A DNA stretch of 64,000 nt from Candidatus Poribacteria bacterium (GTDB lineage: Bacteria; Poribacteria; WGA-4E; WGA-3G), in the NCBI GenBank assembly GCA_965197475.1, contig CBDANF010000003.1, forward strand, positions 4,000,001 through 4,064,000. The letters run 5' to 3'. The translations under genes were made by a program, and so were the position numbers. Positions 29,658-40,483 of the stretch are shown here, one piece after another (the stretch's first letter is position 1; every line of letters begins with the position of its first letter). The notes under the pieces are model-generated. The model did no database searches. It had not been told where the DNA came from and saw only the letters and a program-made list of their open reading frames with translations.

Positions 29658-29782
29658 AAATGCGCGATTCAAATGATTAGCACAACTTTAAGCGCAGCAT
29701 CTTATTCCCTGTTTCTGCAGTGGAAATAATGATGGAACAATTCTACTGTGGGATGCTCCATAAAAAGAGATAGAAAAAATTG

Positions 29783-30712
29783 ATGGAAATTTTTCAATAT
29801 ACACCCGGTTTTCTTGTTCCTTTAACGCAATTTTATAATCGCCTAACCGCCGACGTGCCGCATTGCTACCCCGTAAAGCAGGCAGAATTGGCTGCTGAGA
29901 TGAACGGTACTACTGGGCAAATCAAAATACCGATGATGTCCTTGATTCCGAAACTGCGTTTGTCGCAATGCAAAATGGTGTGGTGCTGGCGTTTATTCAC
30001 GTTGGTCATCATCGGTATGGAAAAAACGATGAAGTGCACGAAGGTGTTATTCGGTTTTTTGGGTTACGAACGCGGTGCGCGACATGCGGGACAAACCTTG
30101 CTTGAAAAAGCAGAAGCCTATCTGAATACGTTTAACGTACCTAAAATTATCGCTTTCTGTTCGCACGCTCGCTGCTATCGCTATGATTTTTATCATTTTA
30201 TGCACGCCAAACTTTCGATTACCCTTGATCATGTTCATGCCCTTCTTGGACACAACGGTTACCGTCCCCGCTATTGTCAAGTCTTCTTAGATTGGGAAAA
30301 CTACGCTGTCACACCAATACCTTCAAGACTGCCGGTAACACTATCTGTAGATTGGAAACAGGGACGTGGACAACGTCCAAACTGCACTGTGCGTGCCCAC
30401 CAAGAAGGTGAAAGGTTTGGTATCTGTTTGTCTGTCTGCGGTGGTGAGTTTTCAAGCCACGCCGATGCACAAGACTGGGTTTATACGGAATAGCTTAGTG
30501 TTGAAGATAGGTTTCAGGGAAAAGGTTTGGGGAAATACTTGCTTCAGTACTCACTTCAAGAGATGCACAAGGTCGGATACCGACACGCCTCACTTAGTAC
30601 TGAATGTTATGAATACCTTCCAATTCTTTTTTATAGCAACTGTGGATATCGAGTTGTAGATTGGACATACGATTATTTCAAAGATGTCTGCGAACCATCA
30701 ACGCAAAAGTAG
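29783..30712 (+). pseudogene. GNAT paralogue with compensating frameshifts and an in-frame TAG
   Basis: Similar to 28734-29657. Shift at ~29915 is restored at ~30058 (T6 run). TAG at 30491 replaces Trp, and the frame continues FQGKGLGKYLL. Confidence 0.82.
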
Positions 30713-30780
30713 TCCAGGAAGTACGGCATATCATCCTCTATTTGTCTGCGTAATATGCCGCACCTCAATTGAAATGGAAA

Positions 30781-31032
30781 CTACCAAATGAATGCTATCT
30801 TCGCAAACAGTTGGTTGACAGTCTCCTTTGCATCTTGATCACCGTAAACGAGATACAGAACGAAGTCTTCGCTGAACATGTATTTAAAGACAGCATTGAG
30901 ATTTGGCTTATGGTGTTTTGTCGAACGCAGCCTGAATGTAATCCATTTTTCAGTGCCTATTTCAACGTTTGCACTCGCTCGCAGAGAAAACTCACGGGTT
31001 TTGTTTCCATCCGGAAATGTCATAGCCGTCAA
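30781..31032 (-). CDS. Hypothetical protein
   Basis: 83-aa ORF only; no recognisable motif. Confidence 0.3.
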   Translation of the reverse strand: MTAMTFPDGNKTREFSLRASANVEIGTEKWITFRLRSTKHHKPNLNAVFKYMFSEDFVLYLVYGDQDAKETVNQLFAKIAFIW

Positions 31033-31059
31033 TTTAGTGTGCTATATGCACTTAACATT

Positions 31060-31420
31060 GTAGGGCGGGTCCTGTGCCCGCCAAGCAGCACCAGCGGTGC
31101 GAAAGGTGTATAGAACATGCAACACTACCAAAAAACAAGTACCAGCGGGTGCGAAAGGTGAATCTCATACCTATGTCCCTTCATCAAGACAGATACACCT
31201 GTCGCCCTCTGGGGAAACCATACACATCCATAAAAAACGGATATATATTTTTAAATTGACTCCTATGGGTAGAACAACGTGAAACCCAACACGCTTTCAG
31301 GTTCGCGGCGGTTAATTGTTAGGTTTCGCTATACCTATCCATACAATAGGTGCTGAAACGCATAATTCCTGTGAATACTTGGTAACAGCAGATTGTTTTT
31401 TACCGCTCTACCTAACCTAC
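31060..31420. repeat. Cluster of REP-like palindromic repeats
   Basis: GTAGGGCGGGTCCTGTGCCCGCC; ACCAGCGG(G)TGCGAAAGGTG twice (31090, 31141) plus an inverted variant (31194-31214); GGGTAGAAC..AACCCAAC / CTCTACCTAACCTAC. Confidence 0.65.
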
Positions 31421-31474
31421 AAATACACTCGAATTCTTATTTCGAACTCCTGTTATTGTTAGGTTTCTGAAAAA

Positions 31475-31553
31475 ATCTGGCACTAAAAACAAAATGGCTG
31501 AAGAAAATCTCATTTTGATGAAATGTTCAGCCAATTTTAACTTAGCACCAGAT
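31475..31553. repeat. 79-bp imperfect palindrome (MITE or IS-end scar)
   Basis: ATCTGGCACTAAAAACAAAATGGCTGAA versus reverse complement ATCTGGTGCTAAGTTAAAATTGGCTGAA. Confidence 0.6.
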
Positions 31554-31648
31554 TATCCTGAGTTGTCTTCTTATATTTTGAATCACAGAGTGTTGAGATT
31601 TTTAGTAAGTATTCACAAATTGAGGAATACGTTTCGTGTTCTGCAACT

Positions 31649-32701
31649 TTAGGGATGATTAACTGAAGTATCAACGTTCACTTCCTGCAGAACCGCAGCT
31701 GCTTTCTTCGCTAAATCGGTTGTAGGATCACGTTTGATGACTCGGTTTAAATGAAGCACTGCGCGATCGTCGCCATTCCTTGCCAAGTCCAATGCCTCCG
31801 CAAACCCCTTGTTTCCGTAGCTGAAATCTCTCGGTATAACGGTGAGGTCAAGGTCTTTCCAGTAATATTTGAGTTCGTCAGAGTTCCAGTTCTCGTAAAC
31901 ATTGTCCCACTGCAACGAGTTGAAGATGTTCAGATGCGGCTCAAGCATGTGTTCTGCAATTGGGTCATCAACTGCCTGATAGCGATTGTCAAGCGACACA
32001 CGCAGCCGATCTTCAGTCAAATTTGGCAGTGCCTTGTGGATGGTCAAAGCAGGAAATATCAATGTATCGCCAATTTCATAGTTCGTGGAATGCCATTCAT
32101 CCGACAACTCGTCCGCATTTACACACAGACCACCAGCTCCAAGCGAGAAATGATGTTCCATTACTTTATCGACTTTATGCGAACCGGGAAGCACCGCTAA
32201 ACCTCCCAATTCTATCGGGCAATTGCCAACGGGTGCCCAACAAGTATAGGTTTGGAAATTTCCTTGAAAGTGGACAAAATCTTGGTGTATCGGTGTGGTA
32301 TGGGCGGTATACTTTGGGTACCAGAGGCGTGCAATCTTTTGCGGATGCGGCAGCACTGCGCTGCCGATGATTTTTTCCACCATATCTACAACTTCATCCC
32401 AATGTCCAGAACGGTGGAACGCTTCTAACTTATAGACTTCATGGTATACATCGGTGTACTCCGCATCTCCTTCGGTACACTGTGTGGAAATATCTGCGAT
32501 GCCATCCATCGGATCGGTACCTGCTATGAGCCAACTGCCTTCTTGCATGGTCGTTAGCATCTCTCGCCGCAATGCCCAGAGTTTGTCAGGGTCTTGCAGT
32601 TTCTTGAAGAAAAGATACCCCGCTTCCGACATCCTGGCACGTAACTCCTCAGAATCGTTCATCGCATCGTTCGATACGCGAAGTTCTTTTAATTCCTCCA
32701 T
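31649..32701 (-). CDS. PhyH family dioxygenase
   Basis: TPIHQD, LAVLPGSH, TIHKA and LRVSLDNRYQ motifs. Confidence 0.9.
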   Translation of the reverse strand: MEELKELRVSNDAMNDSEELRARMSEAGYLFFKKLQDPDKLWALRREMLTTMQEGSWLIAGTDPMDGIADISTQCTEGDAEYTDVYHEVYKLEAFHRSGHWDEVVDMVEKIIGSAVLPHPQKIARLWYPKYTAHTTPIHQDFVHFQGNFQTYTCWAPVGNCPIELGGLAVLPGSHKVDKVMEHHFSLGAGGLCVNADELSDEWHSTNYEIGDTLIFPALTIHKALPNLTEDRLRVSLDNRYQAVDDPIAEHMLEPHLNIFNSLQWDNVYENWNSDELKYYWKDLDLTVIPRDFSYGNKGFAEALDLARNGDDRAVLHLNRVIKRDPTTDLAKKAAAVLQEVNVDTSVNHP

Positions 32702-32754
32702 GTCGGCTTCTCCTTGGGTTTACCCAACATAAGGTCTGTAACTGATCATATTTT

Positions 32755-33303
32755 TTATTTCTCATCTGAGAATTCAGGGAAGATGAATTTCTTTAGAAAA
32801 GAAGTCCTTGCATAAAAAGCTCTTGAGGTGCTTCCATGTCCAGCACCTTTTGTTCTCGGTTGAATGTATACACCCATTTTGCCAGTAAGAGCAGAAAACC
32901 CTTGCGTGCAGATAGTTTCTCTAACTAAGTCATAATCTTCTTTTACTTGACTGTAGACTTCTGGATCATCTAAATCGAAAGTTGTTACACGGTGTAAAAT
33001 TGATCTTTCTTCTTTTTGACTTTCCCAAATTCTTGCAGCTACTATCATTCGTCTTAATTTGATTAACAAATGACTATTTTCAAAATCAGTTCGTTCAACA
33101 TTATATGGATCAATCATTGTTACAGCCATTGTCTCTTTAACCGTCAACTTGCCGCTTTTCAGGTATTTCAAGGGAATTGTTTTTAGTTCCCAAGATCCGA
33201 AGTTAGGTGATTGTGATGAATTGATTGGCAGACCTAAATGTCTCTCAAGTACCTGTCCTGCCCAACCTTTATTAATCTTTTTGCCCTTACATACTGAAGT
33301 CAT
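32755..33303 (-). pseudogene. MutH/Sau3AI-like restriction endonuclease, N-terminus truncated at IS5
   Basis: NKGWAGQVLERHLG, PNFGSWELKT, YIQPRTKG and RAFYAR motifs. The 5' end abuts the IS, and the missing part is not found on the far side. Confidence 0.75.
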
Positions 33304-33306
33304 ATT

Positions 33307-34302
33307 GAGTAAAACATAAGGATGTGGTAGAATAGGGAAAGAAAAGGATATAGTTTATGTCCCTTTTTTTCACTGGACATCCACATTTACTTTATGAAAG
33401 GTTTTATTATGGCAGACGAAACTCAAAAGGTTCCGAGATACAAAGGTATTCCCAAGCAGGTTTCCCGCAAGGATTTTAATCGTTATATCTTGCCCCATCT
33501 AAAGAAACGAGTGAAAGGGCCAAAGCCCAAACTCTCCTTCTATAAGATATTCAACTATATCCTCTATGTTTTGCATACTGGCATTCAATGGGAGCGGCTC
33601 CGCACACGGCATCCTGAACTCCATTGGTCTAATGTCTATAAATGGCATAATAGATGGTCAAAAGACGGCTCTTATCAGAAACTTTTTGAAGCGTCTATCA
33701 TACATCTGCTTGATACCGATCAACTTGACACCTCTCAACTTCATGGTGATGGGTCAAATACCGTCGTAAAAAAAGGGGCAATGGCATCGGCTATTCGGGA
33801 CACAAACATCAGAAAGGTGAAAAAGAGTTGACCATCACCGACAATCAAGGGTTCATCGTCAGTCCGATAACCACCAAACCGGTCAATCACCATGGGACAA
33901 CGATTTTGCCCGAAGCATTCGCAGATTTTATCACCTTTACCCATCGCATTGGGATGGATCTCAGCGCATCTGCGCTAACGCTGGATTCCGGTTTTGATTC
34001 CAAAGAGGATCATAAGATTATCAAAGAACAAGGGATTATCCCAGTGATCTATCCGAACCGACGGAATGCCAAAGAACCTATTGTCATCGCTCGCAAGTTC
34101 CGGTGGTTTAGCAAAGATATGGACAAAAACCGATATAAAGTAGAGCGAACTTTCGGTTGGCAAGGGACTTATCGGAAACTCGCTCTTAGCTACGATAAAC
34201 TTAAAGAAACCCGTTTAGGTTTTCGTTATTTAGCATATTCAATGATAAACTTTCGGGGGACTTTCAACGATGCTTAGCTCGTACTCGCTATGAGTTCGAC
34301 TC
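33307..34302 (+). mobile_element. IS5-family insertion sequence (ends approximate)
   Basis: Two-ORF transposase; weak IRs GAGTAAAAC.. / ..GTTCGACTC. Confidence 0.75.
33409..34277 (+). CDS. IS5-family transposase via probable programmed -1 frameshift
   Basis: orfA ILYVLHTGIQW, HGDG; slippery A7G4 at 33768-33778 joins to KGGNGIGYSGHKHQKG; orfB LDSGFD, VERTFGW. Confidence 0.88.
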
Positions 34303-34574
34303 TAATTTCAGAGGCAAAGGTTGCATAAAGTTACGCGATTTATGCAAAATTTAACAGAAAATAGAGGAAAAACTGGGTTGATCTGAATTAGGTGTAATTT
34401 GTGTTTGGGTAAAGTGACTTTTGTTGTGAGATTATAGCATGCTTTAAGTATTATTTGCAGTGTCTGAATTGAACAAACGCGAAAAATAATTGACAAATTA
34501 TAGACATGATGATACCATAAAATAAAAATAGAGGCACGCTTGTAGTGTCGTAACATGTTCAAGGTGAACCCTCC

Positions 34575-35678
34575 ATGAAAATAACGAAATTAGAAACTTT
34601 TCTTGTACAGCCACGTTGGCTCTTTCTAAAAATACACACCGATGAAGGATTAGTTGGTCTCGGAGAACCGATTTTAGAAGGACGCGCGAAAACGTGTGCA
34701 CAAGCCGTTGACGAGCTTGCACCTTACCTTATTGGCGAAGATCCAAGACGTGTAGTCCATCATTGGCAGGCGATGTATCGTCATGCATTTTACCGTGGGG
34801 GTCCCATTCTTACGAGTGCACTGAGCGGCGTTGAACAGGCACTCTGGGATTTAGCAGGGAAATCACTCGGTGTTCCCGTTTACCAACTTTTTGGTGGACC
34901 AACCCGAGATCGTATTAGGTTGTATAAAGGTGGAGGTGACCCACAAGGGATTCAAGAGTGGATAGACAAAGGATTTACCGCATTTAAAACTGGTGTTGCT
35001 GGTGGTAGACCCGCACGGATCATCGAAAACAAGGCATTCATAGACAGAGCCGTCAATCACTTTGCAGCATTGCGTGAAGCTGCAGGGACAGAGGTTGATT
35101 TGGCAATTGACTTTCACGGTGCTGTGAGTCCACAGACAGCGAAGGTGTTGATTAAGGCGTTGGAACCGTATCAACCGATGTTTGTTGAAGAGCCGATTCA
35201 GTGTCAAAATGTAGATACACTCGCAGAGATCGCGCGTAGCACACATTTACCGATTGCAACAGGTGAACGGGTTTTCACCAAATGGGGATTCCGTGAGATC
35301 TTGGAGAAACAGGCAGCATCTATTCTGCAACCGGATTTATGTCATGCGGGTGGCATCAACGAAGTGCGCATCATCGCTGGCATGGCAGAAGCTTATTACG
35401 GTGGTATCGCACCGCACAACCCGCTCGGTCCTATTTCGTTAGCTGCGTGTATTCAGCTGGATGCTTCTATTCCTAATTTTGTGATGCAAGAACATACAAC
35501 CCTCGGTGAAGGGTATCTCAAAAATCCGTTTGTATTCAAAGACGGATTCGTTGAACTACCTACAGGTCCAGGATTAGGGATTGAACTTGATGAAGACGCT
35601 CTTGAAGATAAAATTGACCACGATTGGCGAAATCCTGAATCTTACCATCCAGATGATGGTTCTGTGGTGGATTGGTAA
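34575..35678 (+). CDS. dgoD: Galactonate dehydratase (mandelate racemase family)
   Basis: MKITKLETF..PRWLFLKI, FYRGGPIL, IDFHG, FVEEP, ATGER, PHNPLGP, C-terminal DGSVVDW. Confidence 0.92.
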   Translation: MKITKLETFLVQPRWLFLKIHTDEGLVGLGEPILEGRAKTCAQAVDELAPYLIGEDPRRVVHHWQAMYRHAFYRGGPILTSALSGVEQALWDLAGKSLGVPVYQLFGGPTRDRIRLYKGGGDPQGIQEWIDKGFTAFKTGVAGGRPARIIENKAFIDRAVNHFAALREAAGTEVDLAIDFHGAVSPQTAKVLIKALEPYQPMFVEEPIQCQNVDTLAEIARSTHLPIATGERVFTKWGFREILEKQAASILQPDLCHAGGINEVRIIAGMAEAYYGGIAPHNPLGPISLAACIQLDASIPNFVMQEHTTLGEGYLKNPFVFKDGFVELPTGPGLGIELDEDALEDKIDHDWRNPESYHPDDGSVVDW

Positions 35679-35746
35679 GGTAGTAGGTGTACTCCAACTA
35701 CATTGGACTTACAAAGTCCTCCTACAATTTTGAAACAGACTAAAAT

Positions 35747-36547
35747 ATGAAATTTATAATGTTCACAAAACATCTGGAAGGTTTAGAAATTCCAGACATT
35801 ATCACTGCATTACAAGCAGTGGGAGTTAAAGGTGCCGACCTTTGTGTTCGTCCCGGTTATCCAGTAAATCCCGAAAATGCAGAAAAGGAATTACCCGCAG
35901 CCGCGAAACAGTTTGCGGAAGCGGGTTTGTCTATTCCGCTTGTGACTACCCCTGGAGATTTTTTAGACCCCTCTGAAGAAGAGACAGTCCGCGTTTTTGC
36001 TGCTGCGGGTGAAGCGGGTGTTGAAAATATCAAATTAGGATATTGGCATTGGCACGCAGGGGATGGCGGTTACTGGGCACAGGTTGATTTTATCCGTAGC
36101 CAGCTTGACAGATTTGCCAAACTCTCTGATAAATATGGACCCCGCACGTGCATTCATAACCATTCGGGAACTTCTATGGGGCTTAACTCGTGTGCAGTGA
36201 TGAACCTTGTGAAGGAGTTTGACCCACAACATATTGGCGTTTTTGCTGACACGGGACACCTGTCAATTGTTGGTGAACCGATTAACATGGCACTTGATAT
36301 TGTCAGCTCACACCTCGCTGTGATTGCCTTCAAAGACCTCGCGCGTTCACCCGGAATGCGAGGCGGTAAGGTCGTCCGTATCGGAAAAGGCTTTGTTGAT
36401 TGGGAAACAGCACTTGACACGTTGAAAACAATGGAATTTTCAGGACCCGTTAGCTTTCATAGTGAATACAGTGGCGAACCCGTGGACAGTGTGATTGATC
36501 TTGCTCGTGTAGATGTGCGATTCATTCGCGCTTTGATGGACAAATAA
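35747..36547 (+). CDS. Sugar phosphate isomerase/epimerase (TIM barrel)
   Basis: DLCVRPG, HNHSG, DTGH, FKD and SFHSEY motifs. Confidence 0.85.
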   Translation: MKFIMFTKHLEGLEIPDIITALQAVGVKGADLCVRPGYPVNPENAEKELPAAAKQFAEAGLSIPLVTTPGDFLDPSEEETVRVFAAAGEAGVENIKLGYWHWHAGDGGYWAQVDFIRSQLDRFAKLSDKYGPRTCIHNHSGTSMGLNSCAVMNLVKEFDPQHIGVFADTGHLSIVGEPINMALDIVSSHLAVIAFKDLARSPGMRGGKVVRIGKGFVDWETALDTLKTMEFSGPVSFHSEYSGEPVDSVIDLARVDVRFIRALMDK

Positions 36548-36556
36548 GGAGATAGA

Positions 36557-37369
36557 ATGGGACAATTTCAGTTAGGGTTAAATACAAGTACGATTCGTCC
36601 TGCCGATTTGATGGATAAAATTCGGATTGCAGGAGAAACTGGGTATACAGCAATTGAGTTGTGGAATAACGATCTGTCTGATTATGAGGAACAAGGTGGT
36701 TCGCTCGCTGATGTAAAAAAAGCACTTGATGATCAAGGGCTTACCGTGCCTACCGTCATAGCGTTGCACGGATGGCTCAATGCAACTGGTGCGGAACTTC
36801 AGAAAGCGATGGAAGACGCTAAAAAACGGATGGCGCAAGCCGCCGCTGTCGGTGCAACCTATATCATCTCAAGTCCACCGCGTGAAGTAGCAGACTTGCA
36901 GTTAGGCGGTGAGAATTACCGTAAACTACTTGAACTCGGACGAGAATTTGGTGTTAAACCTGCGATGGAATTCCTCGGTTTTGTTGATGGCGTTAATCAG
37001 GTGAAACATGCGTGGGAAGTGATAGAAGTCGCTGACCATCCAAATAGCACAATTGTGCTTGACCCGTTCCATATCTATCGTGGTGGCGGAGAAATAGAGG
37101 ATATGGAAGGCATTCCTGGTGATAAAATCGCAGTGTTCCACTTCAACGACGCGCCTGCCGAACCTGAACGTGCAGAACAATCTGATGCTGATAGGGTTTA
37201 TCCGGGTGATGGTATTCTCGATCTAAAGCGGATGATCTCTATTTTGAAAGATGCAGACTATTCGGGTGTTATCTCGTTAGAACTGTTCAATCCGAGTTAT
37301 TGGGAGGAAGACCCTGCAGAGGTTGCTCGGATTGGGTTGGAAAAGATGAAATCTGTTCTAAACAACTAA
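36557..37369 (+). CDS. Sugar phosphate isomerase/epimerase (IolI-like)
   Basis: MEFLGF, DPFH, FHFND, RVYPGDG and SLELFN motifs. Confidence 0.88.
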   Translation: MGQFQLGLNTSTIRPADLMDKIRIAGETGYTAIELWNNDLSDYEEQGGSLADVKKALDDQGLTVPTVIALHGWLNATGAELQKAMEDAKKRMAQAAAVGATYIISSPPREVADLQLGGENYRKLLELGREFGVKPAMEFLGFVDGVNQVKHAWEVIEVADHPNSTIVLDPFHIYRGGGEIEDMEGIPGDKIAVFHFNDAPAEPERAEQSDADRVYPGDGILDLKRMISILKDADYSGVISLELFNPSYWEEDPAEVARIGLEKMKSVLNN

Positions 37370-37387
37370 AAAATAAGGAGGCAGCAA

Positions 37388-39135
37388 TTGCAAGACGGAC
37401 AAAAAACAATTAAAACTTTGTTTGATAGTAGCACAATTTTCAACATTCCCAAATATCAACGGGCTTATGCCTGGGAAAAAGAACAACTTGATGCCTTTGT
37501 TGAGGATCTAGAAAATCAAGATACCAACAAAGATCATTTCTTCGGAACTATTCTGCTTCAGAAACAGGAACCAGAGGGCGAATTTAACATTATAGACATT
37601 GTTGACGGTCAACAGCGTATTACAACGATCATAATCTTTATGAAACTGCTTTTAGCACAACAGGAAGAATGTAACAATGTCAAACTGTTAAAACGTATTT
37701 ACATCCAAGATTTTGATATATATAAACTTCGAGTTTTGGACATTGATAACGACTTTTTTGAATCTTGTATTTTGGAAGATAACGGGTCTGGTGACAATGA
37801 CGCGGAAACACCCTCGCAATTCCGATTGCTTAAAGCGAAAGAGCTCCTCAATGACTGGATAGAAGCACACCCAGATAAAGTCGAGGATTTCATAGAAAAG
37901 ATTGGGGGAATGAAAGTCTTAACTTATTCAGTAGAAGATGATTCTGCTGCCGCATTAATGTTTGAGACAACCAATAACCGGGGAAAATCGCTGACTAGTT
38001 TAGAGAAAGTCAAAAGTTTCTTGATGCACAAAACCTACCTTACATCGGAAAACCCAGAGAATCGCTTGGAAAATCTTCAAAATCGGTTTAGCAAAATTTA
38101 CCGAGATTATGAGGAAATTGAAGATTCTGGAAAAATTAGAGGTGAATTCGGCAAGACTGCTGAAGATTTAATTTTGCAGTACCACTCCATCGCTTTTGAA
38201 AAATGGAAGGACAAAGAATACCAAGACTCTGTTCGGATGGTTAATCAACAGTTAAATGACCTGATTAATGAGGATAGGAAGACAGTTGCAGCGAATTTCA
38301 TCAGTAGGTATAGTAAGGTACTAAGACAGAGTTTTAAATTTATGAAAAAATTGCTTCTGAATCGCGACTCTTATCTCCTTGACATACCCTCAATCGCCCA
38401 GCGGCGTTTTATCCCTTGCTCATCAAAAGCTATAAACTAGACGATTCGGATAAAATGCAGTATTTCAAACGTGTTACACAATTAGTAGAAATTATTGGAT
38501 TCCGTTTCGGTATTACTAAATCTCGGTCTGATAAAGGAGTTAGTCAACTGTACCGGTTATCAAGGGATTTTAATGGGGATTTCGATCAACTCATCATAGG
38601 CCTTCAAGATTTTGTAAAATCGTATTGCAACGATTCTGAATTTGAGCGATCTCTACGCCAACCCAGATTTTACGAGGTTGTTGATACTGGCGATTTGCGG
38701 TATTTATTCTGGAAGTACGAGAACCATCTCAGATTGACAGAACGCCCACTTTTTCCTGAAATGTCCCATGAGACGTTTATGAATACGCACACGCGGACAA
38801 AATTTACAATTGATCATATCATCCCACAAAACCCTAGAGACAGTAAGAAAGTTGTTGTAGATGACTCAATCTTGTCTATTGCCGATTTCGAGGAGAATTA
38901 TCTCCACAGTATCGGAAATTTGGTGCTAGACTCGCGTTCAGCAAATGCTAGTAAATCGAATCAGGATTTTGATGACAAAGATGATCAGTATAGTAAAGCC
39001 CCGCTCAAAACACAGCTTGAATTGAGAAAGTATTGGAATCCGAAAGCAGATCGATGGAATCATGTTTCCATTAACCAAAGAGCAGACAAGATTGTAGAAT
39101 TTGCTTTGAAACGTTGGAACCCCCAGAATGTCTAA
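37388..39135 (+). CDS. DUF262 + DUF1524 (GmrSD-like) nuclease, one -1 frameshift at ~38385
   Basis: IPKYQRAYAW, VDGQQRITT and FETTNNRG; second frame LNRPAAFYPLLIK..., IDHIIPQ, SIGNL...N (HNH-like). Confidence 0.87.
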
Positions 39136-39294
39136 ACTATGAAAATACTCTTCTCTTATCGTAGGATTGTATTATGATTCGGAAAGTATTTAGAAAATTG
39201 GATATTCTTGTGTTATAATTGATTTGAAAACAGCAGTTTATAACTTTTAATTCGCTTGAAAATAGCGTAAAGGACTTGTATAGGAATTAAATTA

Positions 39295-40443
39295 ATGAAC
39301 TATGTTGATGGAATATTGGCATCGTTGACGCGTGTGAAAGATGCGCGGTCTGGACGCGCCTCCTCGTGGGATACCACAGGGCGAAATAACGATGCATGGG
39401 ATATTGCTCCCGGTGAAACTCGCGTCCTTGCCGATATTAGAGGTCCGGGATGTATCAATCATATCTGGATGACACAACCGAACGGTTATCGGAATGTTCT
39501 AATTCAGATGTTTTGGGACGATGAGGAACATCCGAGTGTTTTGTGTCCGTTAGGCGATTTTTTTGGTCTTGGAAACGAAATCGTTAACTCTTACGATTCA
39601 ATTCCCTTGTCAGCATCTACGCATAGCAACAACAAATTTAATACGGGGTGTGCGTTGAACTGCTACTTACAAATGCCGTTTAACCGTGCTGCCCGAATTG
39701 AACTTGTCAACGAAGGTGAGACACCGCACCGTCAATACTTTTATGTTGATTATGAACTATATCCCACAGAACACGGTGAGGATGTTGCCTATTTTCATGC
39801 GCAATTTCATCGCGAAAATCCTTGTGATGGGTGGGGACATGAAATCAAAGTTAACACAGCGGAAGCGAATATCATAAATGCCGAACGTCTTGCATGGGAC
39901 AACAACTATCTTATTTTATCCGCAGAAGGTAGAGGACACTACATTGGGTGTAACCTTTCTGTCAGCAACTTCCAAGGCACGTGGTGGGGCGAAGGCGATG
40001 ATATGATTTGGATAGATGGTTATAAGTGGCCTCCCGATTTGCACGGCACTGGGTCAGAGGATTATCTCAATCAGGCGTGGGGCATGCAACAGAACGCGTT
40101 CGCACATAACGGTTCGTCTATTCACGAAAACAATACCAATGGTTACCAGACATCCTATGTGTTCCACTTAGAGAACCCTATCCGTTTTGAGAAGGAGATT
40201 CGGGTGACAATTGAACACGGACACGGCAACCATCTTAGCAATGAGATGTCCTCTGTTGCATATTGGTATCAGATAGAGCCGCATAAACCGTTTGATGTGT
40301 TACCTGTTGGACAACGTAAACCTGTGCTGAAAGATGAAGATGGCACTTGGATCATTGACGAGGCGAACCAAACGCCATCATCTGACCTCGTTATCAACGA
40401 TGAAATGAAACAGAAAAAACAGCAGTGGCAAGAGAAGCAATAA
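39295..40443 (+). CDS. DUF2961 / glycoside hydrolase family 172 protein
   Basis: GPGCINHIW, P(L)GDFF, WWGEGDD, GTGSEDY, IEHGH and SSVAYWYQ motifs. Confidence 0.92.
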   Translation: MNYVDGILASLTRVKDARSGRASSWDTTGRNNDAWDIAPGETRVLADIRGPGCINHIWMTQPNGYRNVLIQMFWDDEEHPSVLCPLGDFFGLGNEIVNSYDSIPLSASTHSNNKFNTGCALNCYLQMPFNRAARIELVNEGETPHRQYFYVDYELYPTEHGEDVAYFHAQFHRENPCDGWGHEIKVNTAEANIINAERLAWDNNYLILSAEGRGHYIGCNLSVSNFQGTWWGEGDDMIWIDGYKWPPDLHGTGSEDYLNQAWGMQQNAFAHNGSSIHENNTNGYQTSYVFHLENPIRFEKEIRVTIEHGHGNHLSNEMSSVAYWYQIEPHKPFDVLPVGQRKPVLKDEDGTWIIDEANQTPSSDLVINDEMKQKKQQWQEKQ

Positions 40444-40483
40444 ATACCATTTTCTGTCCTAAATAGACCAGAGGAGATATAAA

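Noticed and set aside
30491-30493. In-frame TAG as pyrrolysine or recoding
   Set aside because: It aligns to Trp in the paralogue, the gene has other lesions, and TAG is a normal stop elsewhere in the window.
31090-31214. Repeat-spacer-repeat resembling a mini CRISPR
   Set aside because: Only two ~20-bp direct copies plus an inverted third, and no cas genes; fits a REP-like family.
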